From the NCBI GenBank assembly GCA_050246755.1, contig JBFWVL010000001.1, positions 224,001 through 288,000 of the forward strand: 64,000 nt of DNA, read 5' to 3'. Below, one piece after another: positions 10,381 to 19,100 of this stretch; positions within the stretch are counted from its first letter, which is position 1, and each line of letters opens with the position of its first letter. Source of the stretch: Bacteriovoracia bacterium (GTDB taxonomy: Bacteria > Bdellovibrionota > UBA1018 > CAIPTA01). A program made the position numbers and the translations under genes. Under the pieces are notes generated by a model. The model saw only the letters and a program-made list of their open reading frames with translations. It searched no databases and was not told the origin of the DNA.

Positions 10381-11164
10381 TCACCCCGCCCACCACGGCT
10401 TCGGCGGTCACGCTGCTGGCATTCGTGCCGTCGCAAAGAGACCGGTCCTTATTGAGAACAGCGCAGGAAGATAATCCCGCGCCCGTACAAATACTATTTA
10501 GGCTATTCTTCAGTGCGGTGCTATCGTCGTCGTTTAGCGAAGAATGATTGAAGCTATCGGAGAGAATTCCAAGCGCGGCGGTGAGCGCGCAGGCATCCAC
10601 GTTCTCCATTTCCCCCGCGGGGTTCGAGCCGGTGGCATACGATAGCGCGACCGTTTTCGCCCCGCTGGGATCAGGAGACCCATACGCCTTGAGAATCGAG
10701 CCGATCACGCCCATCTGCAAAAATACCATATAGGTATTTTCCCGACTCGTACGCTGATCGGCCGCGAGGCGCGCGCCGTTCTGGGTGATCACGTCGGTGG
10801 CGCTATAGAAATTTCCCTGCCCGCCCCCATCTATGACGGCCTTCACCATGCCGGTAAAAAAATTGCTGGTCCCGGAAATACTAGATGCCATGGTGAGTAG
10901 GCGGAATTTTCCGTAGCAGGCATAGGCGGAAGATTTGATGACTCTCACTTCATCGTCCACGTGGGGCGAGCTGAAGAGCGGATCGATGGCTTCCATCGCG
11001 GCTCCGCAATTTTCCTGGCTTAAAAAGAAGTTAGCTTCGTCGATTCGTGCGCGCCGGCCTCGCTCTTTCGCCAGATCGAACCGATCACCGCAGGCCACGA
11101 GCCCAATGAGGAAAAATAAGGGAACAAGAAAAACGATGCGACGCACGGAGAGGGAAACATCCAT
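10367..11164 (-). CDS. Cys-rich helical lipoprotein of unknown function
   Basis: Lipobox LVAC, GGAGG SD, overlaps the downstream barrel gene by 14 nt. Confidence 0.75.
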   Translation of the reverse strand: MDVSLSVRRIVFLVPLFFLIGLVACGDRFDLAKERGRRARIDEANFFLSQENCGAAMEAIDPLFSSPHVDDEVRVIKSSAYACYGKFRLLTMASSISGTSNFFTGMVKAVIDGGGQGNFYSATDVITQNGARLAADQRTSRENTYMVFLQMGVIGSILKAYGSPDPSGAKTVALSYATGSNPAGEMENVDACALTAALGILSDSFNHSSLNDDDSTALKNSLNSICTGAGLSSCAVLNKDRSLCDGTNASSVTAEAVVGGVNASW

Positions 11165-11190
11165 GTCAGCCTCCTAGTAAATAGGATACG

Positions 11191-12378
11191 TTAGGCGTCG
11201 ATTTTTTGCAAAGCGGCTTGAATTCGCTTTAAGCCTTTTTCTAAGGTTTTCACGTCTTTAGCGAACGAGATGCGAATATATTTATCATCACCAAATGGCC
11301 GGCCCGGCACCACGGCCACTCCGGCCTCATTCAGCAGGTATTCGGCGACCAAATCACTTCCGCCGCCTAATTTTTTTGCGTAATAGGACACGTCCGGAAA
11401 CAGGTAAAATGCTCCTTTTGGTTTCTCGACCAAAAGATGCGGAATCTCACGCAGGAGTGCAAAACTAAGATCCCGGCGCTTTTGCATATCCGCTAAGCGC
11501 ACCGTGAAATCGCACTCTTCTTTCTTTAGCGCCTCCACGGCTCCCAGTTGCACGAAGCTGGTGATATGCGTAGCGCTCTGCGCTTGTAGAATTCCCATGG
11601 CCTCAATGAGGGTTTGTTCTCCGGCCGCAAATCCAACCCTCCACCCCGTCATCGCGTGCGATTTCGAAAGGCCATTGAACGTGATCGTGCGTCGATAAGC
11701 GTCGGAGGAAAGAGAAGCGAAGGGAACAAACTCTTCGCCATCATAAACAAGAGAGCTATAAATTTCGTCGGACGCCACGAGCACGTCCGTGCCTTCTAGG
11801 GCCTTCGCCAGGTCTTCCATTTCTTTCCGGGAATACATCCCTCCACATGGATTATTCGGTGAATTTAAAATCACCAGGCGGGTTTTGGGGTTCAGCGTTT
11901 TTTTAATTTCAGAAATAGGAAGACGGAACTCTCCCGAGCCCGGTAATACCACGGGCGTGCCTCCCGCGAGCCGCACCATTTCCGGATAAGAAACCCAAAA
12001 AGGCGCGGGAATAATCACTTCGTCGCCCGCCCCCACGGCGGCCAGCATCAGGTGAAAGAGACCCTGTTTTACCCCGGCGGTAACGGTGATCTGCTTTGCT
12101 TCGTACTTCAGATGAAATTCCCGCTGAAACCAATCAGCGGCGGCACTGCGCAATTCGGGAATTCCGTGCGGAGCCGTATAGCGCGTCTGACCCTGCTGGA
12201 TAGCGCGAATCGTAACGGCCTTGATGGCATCTGGGGTCTCGAAATCCGTCTCGCCAGCCGTTAAATTCACCACGTCTTTACCGGCGCGGATCATCTCCTG
12301 CGCCATCGCATTCAAGCGCACGGTCGGAGAGCTTTCTACGCCCGTCATCCGCTTTGCTAAACGAAAAAGTCCGCTCAT
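11191..12378 (-). CDS. PLP-dependent class I/II aminotransferase (aspartate aminotransferase-like)
   Basis: NSPNNPCG, SDEIY, GLSKSHAMTGWRVG motifs. Confidence 0.93.
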   Translation of the reverse strand: MSGLFRLAKRMTGVESSPTVRLNAMAQEMIRAGKDVVNLTAGETDFETPDAIKAVTIRAIQQGQTRYTAPHGIPELRSAAADWFQREFHLKYEAKQITVTAGVKQGLFHLMLAAVGAGDEVIIPAPFWVSYPEMVRLAGGTPVVLPGSGEFRLPISEIKKTLNPKTRLVILNSPNNPCGGMYSRKEMEDLAKALEGTDVLVASDEIYSSLVYDGEEFVPFASLSSDAYRRTITFNGLSKSHAMTGWRVGFAAGEQTLIEAMGILQAQSATHITSFVQLGAVEALKKEECDFTVRLADMQKRRDLSFALLREIPHLLVEKPKGAFYLFPDVSYYAKKLGGGSDLVAEYLLNEAGVAVVPGRPFGDDKYIRISFAKDVKTLEKGLKRIQAALQKIDA

Positions 12379-12881
12379 CGAATGTCACCACCTTTAAGCT
12401 TTTGCTTTATCGATTGCCAAACGGGGGCGGGCACGTAGGGCCGGATATTTCCTCCGAACGCCGCTACTTCTTTGAGCACGGTGGAGCTTACGAAAAACAG
12501 ATTTTTACCGGTAACCATGAAAACAGTTTCCACTTTTTCGTTCAGTTCGCGGTTAATTGCGGCCATCATGAATTCACTTTCGAAGTCGCTGGCCGCCCTA
12601 AGGCCTCGCAGCACCGCGCTCACTTTATTTTTTCTCGCGTAGTCCATGATGAGGCCCTCGCAAAGATCTACCTTCACCCGCTTCTCGTTGGCGAAAACTT
12701 TACGGATTAAATCGATTCGCTCATCCGGGGAAAACCACCAGCCCTTTTGCGAGGATTTACGGAGGTTCATCGCTACCACCACGATGATTTCATCAAAAAC
12801 ATTGAGCCCACGGCGGATAATATCAATATGGCCATTGGTGATGGGATCGAAGGAGCCGGGATAAATTGCACGCCGCTTCAT
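12375..12881 (-). CDS. coaD: Phosphopantetheine adenylyltransferase
   Basis: YPGSFDPITNGHIDII, RGLRAASDFE, VSST. Confidence 0.97.
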   Translation of the reverse strand: MKRRAIYPGSFDPITNGHIDIIRRGLNVFDEIIVVVAMNLRKSSQKGWWFSPDERIDLIRKVFANEKRVKVDLCEGLIMDYARKNKVSAVLRGLRAASDFESEFMMAAINRELNEKVETVFMVTGKNLFFVSSTVLKEVAAFGGNIRPYVPAPVWQSIKQKLKGGDIR

Positions 12882-12929
12882 GGGAGCAGCATACCAATCT
12901 TAGACGCGCTTTCGAAACATATAATAGGC

Positions 12930-13505
12930 CTACGCATCGCGCAGAAACACACTAATCCCCGCCGGGCCTAACGTGCGTGTGGAATGAAGCCTTAAATTAG
13001 GCAGGCCAGCATAGCTCACTTTCGGATCATGCTCGAAAACTACGATAGCTCCCGGATTCAAAAGCGAACCTTCCGCGAACGAGGCGAGTAATTCTGGGAG
13101 ATAAGAATCCGCGTAAGGGGGATCGAGCAGAACGAGATCGAAAGGGCCTTCGCCGCGCCATTTTCCTTTTGTCACATCATCGTTCTTCACCTGGCATTGC
13201 GCCGAGCAGCCCAAGATTTTAATATTTTCGAGCAAGACCTGGCTAGTCTTTCGGTCTTTCTCCACGAAAACGCAGTGTTCTGCTCCGCGGCTTAATATTT
13301 CCAGCCCCAGACCGCCTACCCCGGCGTATAGATCTACGCAGCGCCACCCCGAATACGTTGGTGGCTCACCGCGCCTTTTCCATTCGATTGCTTCGATGAT
13401 GCTGAATAAGCCTGCTTTGACGCGCCCCGAAGAGGGACGCAAGCCCTCTCGCTCTAAGGCTTTTAAGCGCCGGCCGCTCCATTCTCCACCTAAAATCGAA
13501 AGCAT
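12930..13505 (-). CDS. rsmD: 16S rRNA m2G966 methyltransferase RsmD
   Basis: ILGGEWSGRRL, DLYAGVGGLGLEILSRGA, DPPY; classical rsmD-coaD pair. Confidence 0.92.
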   Translation of the reverse strand: MLSILGGEWSGRRLKALEREGLRPSSGRVKAGLFSIIEAIEWKRRGEPPTYSGWRCVDLYAGVGGLGLEILSRGAEHCVFVEKDRKTSQVLLENIKILGCSAQCQVKNDDVTKGKWRGEGPFDLVLLDPPYADSYLPELLASFAEGSLLNPGAIVVFEHDPKVSYAGLPNLRLHSTRTLGPAGISVFLRDA

Positions 13506-13536
13506 GGGCCGACACTATCTCAGAAAAGAAGGTTTG

Positions 13537-13863
13537 CTAAGCCGCGTGACGCTTCTTTTCCATACCCGTGGGAATGCGGAATTCGGTTCCATCGGCCATA
13601 CGGCAGACTAGAGCGTCTTCGTTACAAAGGATTTCAATGCTCCGCTCCCCATTGGAAAAACAAAGCTTTAAGTTAATCACACCCGTGAGCTCTAAATTAA
13701 GGGCCTGGTCAACGCGCAGTCCTGGAGCCTTCTTTGGAGTGTTTAGGGCAGGCGCAACAGCGGCCTTACTCTTCAATTCTTCTTCTTTAGAAATGCCTTG
13801 GATGATTTGGTCCAGGTCGTCATCGGACATTTCTTCTTCTTTAGTACTATTTACATCCGCCAT
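13537..13863 (-). CDS. Hypothetical protein with acidic N-terminus
   Basis: 108-aa ORF with GAGG SD and upstream FliA-like promoter. Confidence 0.65.
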   Translation of the reverse strand: MADVNSTKEEEMSDDDLDQIIQGISKEEELKSKAAVAPALNTPKKAPGLRVDQALNLELTGVINLKLCFSNGERSIEILCNEDALVCRMADGTEFRIPTGMEKKRHAA

Positions 13864-13890
13864 GATTTGCCTCGGTTAAATGCTGCTTTC

Positions 13891-13917
13891 CTATCGTCAA
13901 TTTCCTCAAATCCTTAA
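13891..13917 (-). promoter_or_regulatory. Putative sigma28/FliA promoter
   Basis: Minus strand TTAA-N15-GACGATAG versus consensus TAAA-N15-GCCGATAA. Confidence 0.5.
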
Positions 13918-14038
13918 AGGCAAAATAGCCTAAAAATCTTCTGTAATTTCGTAGATTTAGTTGACAGACTTTCTGATATTTTTGCTAGTGATCTCATCCC
14001 CCGCTTTGGTATAAAAGACGGCTCTCGGGGGATACTAG

Positions 14039-16825
14039 GTGGGGAACGATTCCAGTAAAAATCAGCTGCAGAATTTGCACGGCTTATTATGCCCGCAAAC
14101 GCTGAAAGGGGCCTTTCGCCATGCTCACGCGGCGAACCTACCCGCACGCGAAGGATTGAAAGAGCTTCTCTCTTCCGGACAAATGGCGGCTAACCCCGCC
14201 AATGGCTCCCGCTCCTCCCCCGACTTTGCTCGCTGGGACCACTGCCTCGAACTTTTGGTGGAAGAATTTCTTCTCCGCAAAGAAGAACTGAAGCGGCTCA
14301 ACAAAGCCCGCCGCCTGCAAATCGAGCAATTTCTCGCCGCCAAAGCGGGAACCGAAGTTTCGCTGGAATCCGCCGTCCAAAGCCGAATTGGCAGCAACGA
14401 ACATGAGGCCTTGCGCCTCTTCTCTTACCAAGTTTCCGTTTTCCACCTCCTGCAGATCCTTTTGCTGAAGCGCTGGACCGATACCGGGCTGATCACCGAG
14501 AAAAATTCTAACGGCCCCGAGCAAACCATTAATTGGCAGATCACTTCCTTCCTGAAGCGAAATGTGGCCAAGAAGATGCTCGGCCGGCATGACTGGTCTT
14601 TCTTAAAACAAAATATTTACAGCTGGTTTGCCCCTTCGCAGGAAACCCGTGAGCGGCTGCGGCTAATGCTTGAGCCCGTGAATCTCGCAAAATTCGACGG
14701 TGATTTTCCCGCCCATTTCCTCCAGGAAATGGGCCTGCGCACGCGGCTTTCCCTACTAGGATTCACGCCCTCCTCGATCGACTCCGCCTCGCTTTGGCGC
14801 CTTTTGCTGGAACAAAAAGTTCACGATCAGCGTCTTCCCTCCCTGGAGCAGCTGAATTTTGCTTCGCCCACGAGCGGGGCATTGCTGGTGAGCGGCCTCC
14901 GCAATGGAGAGAGCCTAAACTCCCTGCGCTCCCTGGCTAGCTCGAAAGAACTTCACGATGTTTGGGCATTTACCGATAGCGAGTTCGAGCGTTACCTTTC
15001 CGAAATATTCATTCTTTGGGATTCTGCGAGCGAAGTTCCCCGCATCAATATTCATCCCCGCTCGATCTTGCGCGAATCCACCCGTGGCGCAAAATCGGCT
15101 TCCTTATTCCAGGAAGGCGTGGTTGTTCCTTATCACGCCCAAATGGCGGCCTGCTTTCATGCGGGCGCAGGCCCCGAGCTCGACGATTGTACGGCCATGC
15201 TGGAGCAACTCCGGGAAGGTGGGCTTTTGCTGATCGTCTCCGATCAGTTCTGGCCAACCGATGCCCAAGATATTTCCGACAAAATGCGTGATACCACCCT
15301 CCGCAAGTCATGCCTGCGCTTGATTATCGATTTACGCCAGCTCTCGGCCAGTGAGGGCGAAACCCTGCCCAAGGGAATTTTCATTTTAGAAAAATGCACC
15401 AGCAAAGAAGTGCGCGACTCCAACCGCCCCCAAGTACTGCGGGCTCGCGGAACGCTGTACCCGCAGCTTGCATCCCAGTTTTGGGATATGATCCTGGATT
15501 GCGTGCGCCAGGATTCTCCTCCGGGAGAAGTAAACCTACGCACGATCGGCAGCGGCGGTGATGGAATTAAAATTGAATCCATGGCCGCCGCCGCTCAGCA
15601 GCTGCAGCTCCGCAATACGCCGTGGAATACCTTATCGGACCCTCAGTTCTACGAAGCGAGCGGCCGCCTAAGACGTAGTCCCAGTAAAGCCTTCACACTG
15701 GGTACGATCTTGCGCTGGAAGCCGGAGATGCAGTCTCCCTCGCCTCGTGCCGTATTATTGCAAGAAGAGGCCAATTGCCTGCGCGTTGCCTTGCCGGCCC
15801 AGGCTAACCAGCTCTCCCCGGAACTCCCCCAATTTCTTTTCCTTCCTGATCAAACAATGGTGGAGCATCCGAACTTTTTAACCGCTCAGCTTTATTCCGC
15901 CCCAATCCAATTTTGGTACCATCTTGAGTCAGAGCAAAATGCCGGGAAAAAAGCCAAAACGGTGGAACGCCAATCCGAGCAGCGCTTAAAGCTAATGCCA
16001 CTGATCCGGCTATTCGAGCCGGGCACCCTCCTGCCGGTATCTAGCTCCGGCAAGATTTTTGGCTCGCTCGACGAAGCTCGCTCCGCTCTGCAGGGAATTT
16101 TCCGGCAGCCCTTGCTCGGCGCGTCCGAACGCTCGCGGCTGCATGAGATAATTATTTCCCTGGAACGTTCGATCACGGCGAACTTAGAGAACTGCGCCGA
16201 GCTTTCCCGCCATTTATTCCCCGAGCTGGCCATCCTGCGCTGGAATATGCCCTCCACTCTTCCGCAGCCGGCCGCGAACTTTGTCTTCGAAATTTTCCGG
16301 CATCTCGACCACAGCCCCCTCCTGCACCATCCGGCGGTGCACATCACACGTTTGCGTAACGTGCAGGACTTCAAGGTAACCAATGTGGCCTGCGAAGAAC
16401 TGCCCATGGGAGGCTTAGCCGAGCTGCAGCTTTTTCATGGTACCGATGCGGTACTGCGCCTTAATGGCCCCTCACTTATCCTGCAGGCGACGCTCGGGCA
16501 CATTCAATCGCGCATTGGCCGTCCATGGAGAGAAATTTCCGATCAGCTCAAGTTCCCTACCGACTTCACCTTAGTGCGCAATCAGCTGCAAGAAGTAATG
16601 AAGAGCATCGATAGCCAGCTGCAGTTCACGCGTGAACATGTAGCCCTGCTCGATCAGATTTTTTGCTGCTTATTCGGATTAAGTAAATCCTTCGTGGATG
16701 AAAGTGCGCGGCAAACCATGCGCCGTCATCTATCGCCTGAGGAAACCAAGATCACGGTTCAATTTCAGAAAGAATCGCCCTTCAGACTAGCAGATTCTGA
16801 AATTCCCAGAGGCTTCCTACAATAA
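14039..16825 (+). CDS. Large protein with degenerate Eco57I/type IIG-like N6-adenine DNA methyltransferase and TaqI-like specificity architecture (probable pseudoenzyme)
   Basis: Collinear remnants: LQILLLKRWTDTGLI, LGFTP, VWAFTDSEFERYLSE, LREGGLLLIVSDQFW...LRLIIDL...GIFILEK, FLTAQLYSAPIQFWY...RLKLMPL, LDQIFCCLFGLS; no DPxCGxG or NPPY; exact start uncertain. Confidence 0.6.
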   Translation: MGNDSSKNQLQNLHGLLCPQTLKGAFRHAHAANLPAREGLKELLSSGQMAANPANGSRSSPDFARWDHCLELLVEEFLLRKEELKRLNKARRLQIEQFLAAKAGTEVSLESAVQSRIGSNEHEALRLFSYQVSVFHLLQILLLKRWTDTGLITEKNSNGPEQTINWQITSFLKRNVAKKMLGRHDWSFLKQNIYSWFAPSQETRERLRLMLEPVNLAKFDGDFPAHFLQEMGLRTRLSLLGFTPSSIDSASLWRLLLEQKVHDQRLPSLEQLNFASPTSGALLVSGLRNGESLNSLRSLASSKELHDVWAFTDSEFERYLSEIFILWDSASEVPRINIHPRSILRESTRGAKSASLFQEGVVVPYHAQMAACFHAGAGPELDDCTAMLEQLREGGLLLIVSDQFWPTDAQDISDKMRDTTLRKSCLRLIIDLRQLSASEGETLPKGIFILEKCTSKEVRDSNRPQVLRARGTLYPQLASQFWDMILDCVRQDSPPGEVNLRTIGSGGDGIKIESMAAAAQQLQLRNTPWNTLSDPQFYEASGRLRRSPSKAFTLGTILRWKPEMQSPSPRAVLLQEEANCLRVALPAQANQLSPELPQFLFLPDQTMVEHPNFLTAQLYSAPIQFWYHLESEQNAGKKAKTVERQSEQRLKLMPLIRLFEPGTLLPVSSSGKIFGSLDEARSALQGIFRQPLLGASERSRLHEIIISLERSITANLENCAELSRHLFPELAILRWNMPSTLPQPAANFVFEIFRHLDHSPLLHHPAVHITRLRNVQDFKVTNVACEELPMGGLAELQLFHGTDAVLRLNGPSLILQATLGHIQSRIGRPWREISDQLKFPTDFTLVRNQLQEVMKSIDSQLQFTREHVALLDQIFCCLFGLSKSFVDESARQTMRRHLSPEETKITVQFQKESPFRLADSEIPRGFLQ

Positions 16826-16989
16826 TAAAAATCCAAGAAACCCTGTCCATGCGCTGCAAACTCCCGCGGATCGGATGAATGCGCTCTAAATTCTTCGCCA
16901 CCTCGGGCATTTGCAGGGATAGCTGCAAAAATACTCCGCAAAAAAGAACGATTATTGGGAACCATAAGTCCATAGAACGATATCGGCAA

Positions 16990-17019
16990 TTGACCACCGG
17001 AAGTAAAGCGACATAAAAT
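16990..17019 (+). promoter_or_regulatory. Sigma70 promoter giving a probably leaderless transcript for the 17026 gene
   Basis: TTGACC-18nt-TAAAAT followed by 6 nt and ATG. Confidence 0.65.
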
Positions 17020-17025
17020 CTAGCG

Positions 17026-17739
17026 ATGATTCGCAAGATATCTCCTGAAATTGAAAGGGTATATTCTCAGCTGCGCTGGGTTCACCTGCGCACCTTTCGC
17101 ATTATCGAATCGGTTAAAGCACATTTCGGGCGCGAACAGGTAAGCAAAATAATAGAAAAGTCCGGTATTGGAAACTCGCCCCTCGCCAATGAGCCCGATT
17201 TTTTCAGCCTTCTCAACGAGAAAAGTGCTGAAGTCTTTTTATCCGAATTGGCCTGTTCGGTAGAAAAATACGAGGCCGGCATCGTAACGGCTCTGCGCCG
17301 CCACGTATCCATTTACCGTGAGCATGTGGATGAGCAAATTTTATTTGGGTCCCGCACCGCCGGCCAAGAAGCCGGCAGGCTTTTTCTCTCCCATTCCAAG
17401 CCTGCCATCCGCCAGCGCACTCATCTCGATGTTCCGGAAACGGTGCAGGCCGTTTTTGAGCTGACCTATAGCGGGCTGCCCGGCGATAAGAATTATTTCC
17501 TCAGCCTGCGCCCGATGGGCGGCTGTAGCGTGCACTTCAATCGGTCCCCTCATTTAGCGCCGTGGGCGGCGGTGGAAGCCGAACCGAAATTTCTCTACGG
17601 GATCAAGTCGGAATGGATTTGCGGGATCCTTGATATTCTTTCACCAGATACTATTTTCTCCACCACCTCTTCGCTGGAGCATGGAAACAAATACGGCCTC
17701 GCGCATTTCCACCTGCGTGGCCAGCACGCCGGCCCCTAG
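17026..17739 (+). CDS. Hypothetical protein, possible V4R/H-NOX-like ligand-binding fold
   Basis: 237-aa ORF with own promoter; C-terminal SPHLAPW...WICGIL...GNKYGLAHF resembles V4R-type layout without the usual Cys. Confidence 0.55.
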   Translation: MIRKISPEIERVYSQLRWVHLRTFRIIESVKAHFGREQVSKIIEKSGIGNSPLANEPDFFSLLNEKSAEVFLSELACSVEKYEAGIVTALRRHVSIYREHVDEQILFGSRTAGQEAGRLFLSHSKPAIRQRTHLDVPETVQAVFELTYSGLPGDKNYFLSLRPMGGCSVHFNRSPHLAPWAAVEAEPKFLYGIKSEWICGILDILSPDTIFSTTSSLEHGNKYGLAHFHLRGQHAGP

Positions 17740-19100
17740 TTTCCCTTATCCAGCTCGGGAAGCTTGCGGTAGATCGTCCGCTGGTTGATTCCCAGAAGCT
17801 CGGCCGCCCTAACTTTGTCTCCGCCCGTAAATTCAAGCGTGCGCCTAATCGCCTCAAGCTCCATCACGTGGAGCGGGGTGCCAAGCGGGAACTGTAAAAA
17901 TAAATCCGATGCCGCCGGAGCGCCGGGAACCAGCTCGGGCTGCCCTCCCAAAAGCCCTAAATTATGCGGGCCAATTTGATCACCGCCCTCGAGCATCACC
18001 ACGGTGCGCTCGATCACGTTTTTTAGCTCACGCACATTCCCCGGCCATTGGCCCCGTTGGATGGCGGTCAACGCCTCCGCCGAAAAAGAAATATCTTTCC
18101 GCCCGTATGTGTCTTTAGCCTGGTCGAGGAAATATTGTGCCAGTAAGCCGATATCCTCTCCACGTTCCCGCAGCGGAGGCAACGCGAGGGAAACCACGTT
18201 GAGGCGATAGTAAAGATCTTCGCGAAAACTGCCTTCCGCGATTTTCTTTTTTAAATCGGAGTTGGTGGCCGCCACGATTCTTACCTCAACCTTACGCACC
18301 TCGGTTCCACCGAGGCGGAAAAACACTCCGTCTTGCAGAACGCGCAGTAATTTTACCTGCAGCGTAAGGCTCATTTCCCCGATCTCATCTAGGAAAATAG
18401 TTCCCTTGTGCGCAAGCTCGAACATCCCGGGCTTCGCGATCACGGCGCCGGTAAATGCCCCTTTTTCAAATCCAAATAATTCGCTTTCCAGCAAAGACTC
18501 CGGGATCGCCCCACAATTTACGGTGATAAGCGCCCCTTCCCGCCCGCTTTCCGCGTGAATCGATTTGGCGACAATCTCTTTCCCCGTGCCGCTTTCGCCC
18601 TCGATTAAAACCGAGGCCGAGGTGCGCGCCAGCATTTTCACCGTGCGCTTGATCTGGGATATGCTGGCGGAGCTTCCAATAAAAGCCGCCTTGCCATTAG
18701 ATTCGACACCGACCTTTCTCTTGGCCAGCGTATCCTGCACGCAGCGGAGCAGGGTTTCCCGCCGGATCGGCTTGGAAAGAAAATCAACCGCGCCGAGCTT
18801 CATCACCTCTACCGCATCGGTTACGGTGCCGTAGGCCGTTAATACCACCACCGGCACGCTCAGGCCTTCTTTGCGGAGCGCGCGCAAGAGCTCCAGGCCC
18901 GAAACACCGGGCATCCGTAAATCGGTAAGCACCAAATCGAAGGACTGGCGCTTAAAGAGCGTGAGCGCCACGGCGGCCTGCTTCGCCGTCACCACTTGGT
19001 AGGCCTCCTGCTCCAGAATTCGCTGCATGGCCAGCAAATTACTTTCCTCGTCGTCTACCACTAAAATTTTCGCCCTAAACCCTTCCATGAGCCTCTCCAT
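17736..19100 (-). CDS. Sigma54-dependent response regulator (NtrC/PilR/ZraR family)
   Basis: Receiver (VVDDE, DLRMPG), AAA+ (GESGTGKE, GAFTGA, FLDEIGE, WPGNVREL), C-terminal Fis HTH. Confidence 0.95.
   Translation of the reverse strand: MERLMEGFRAKILVVDDEESNLLAMQRILEQEAYQVVTAKQAAVALTLFKRQSFDLVLTDLRMPGVSGLELLRALRKEGLSVPVVVLTAYGTVTDAVEVMKLGAVDFLSKPIRRETLLRCVQDTLAKRKVGVESNGKAAFIGSSASISQIKRTVKMLARTSASVLIEGESGTGKEIVAKSIHAESGREGALITVNCGAIPESLLESELFGFEKGAFTGAVIAKPGMFELAHKGTIFLDEIGEMSLTLQVKLLRVLQDGVFFRLGGTEVRKVEVRIVAATNSDLKKKIAEGSFREDLYYRLNVVSLALPPLRERGEDIGLLAQYFLDQAKDTYGRKDISFSAEALTAIQRGQWPGNVRELKNVIERTVVMLEGGDQIGPHNLGLLGGQPELVPGAPAASDLFLQFPLGTPLHVMELEAIRRTLEFTGGDKVRAAELLGINQRTIYRKLPELDKGN

Noticed and set aside
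14039-16825. Active restriction-modification or BREX/DISARM defence system
   Set aside because: No DPxCGxG, NPPY or nuclease motif and no partner defence genes; kept only as a degenerate scaffold.
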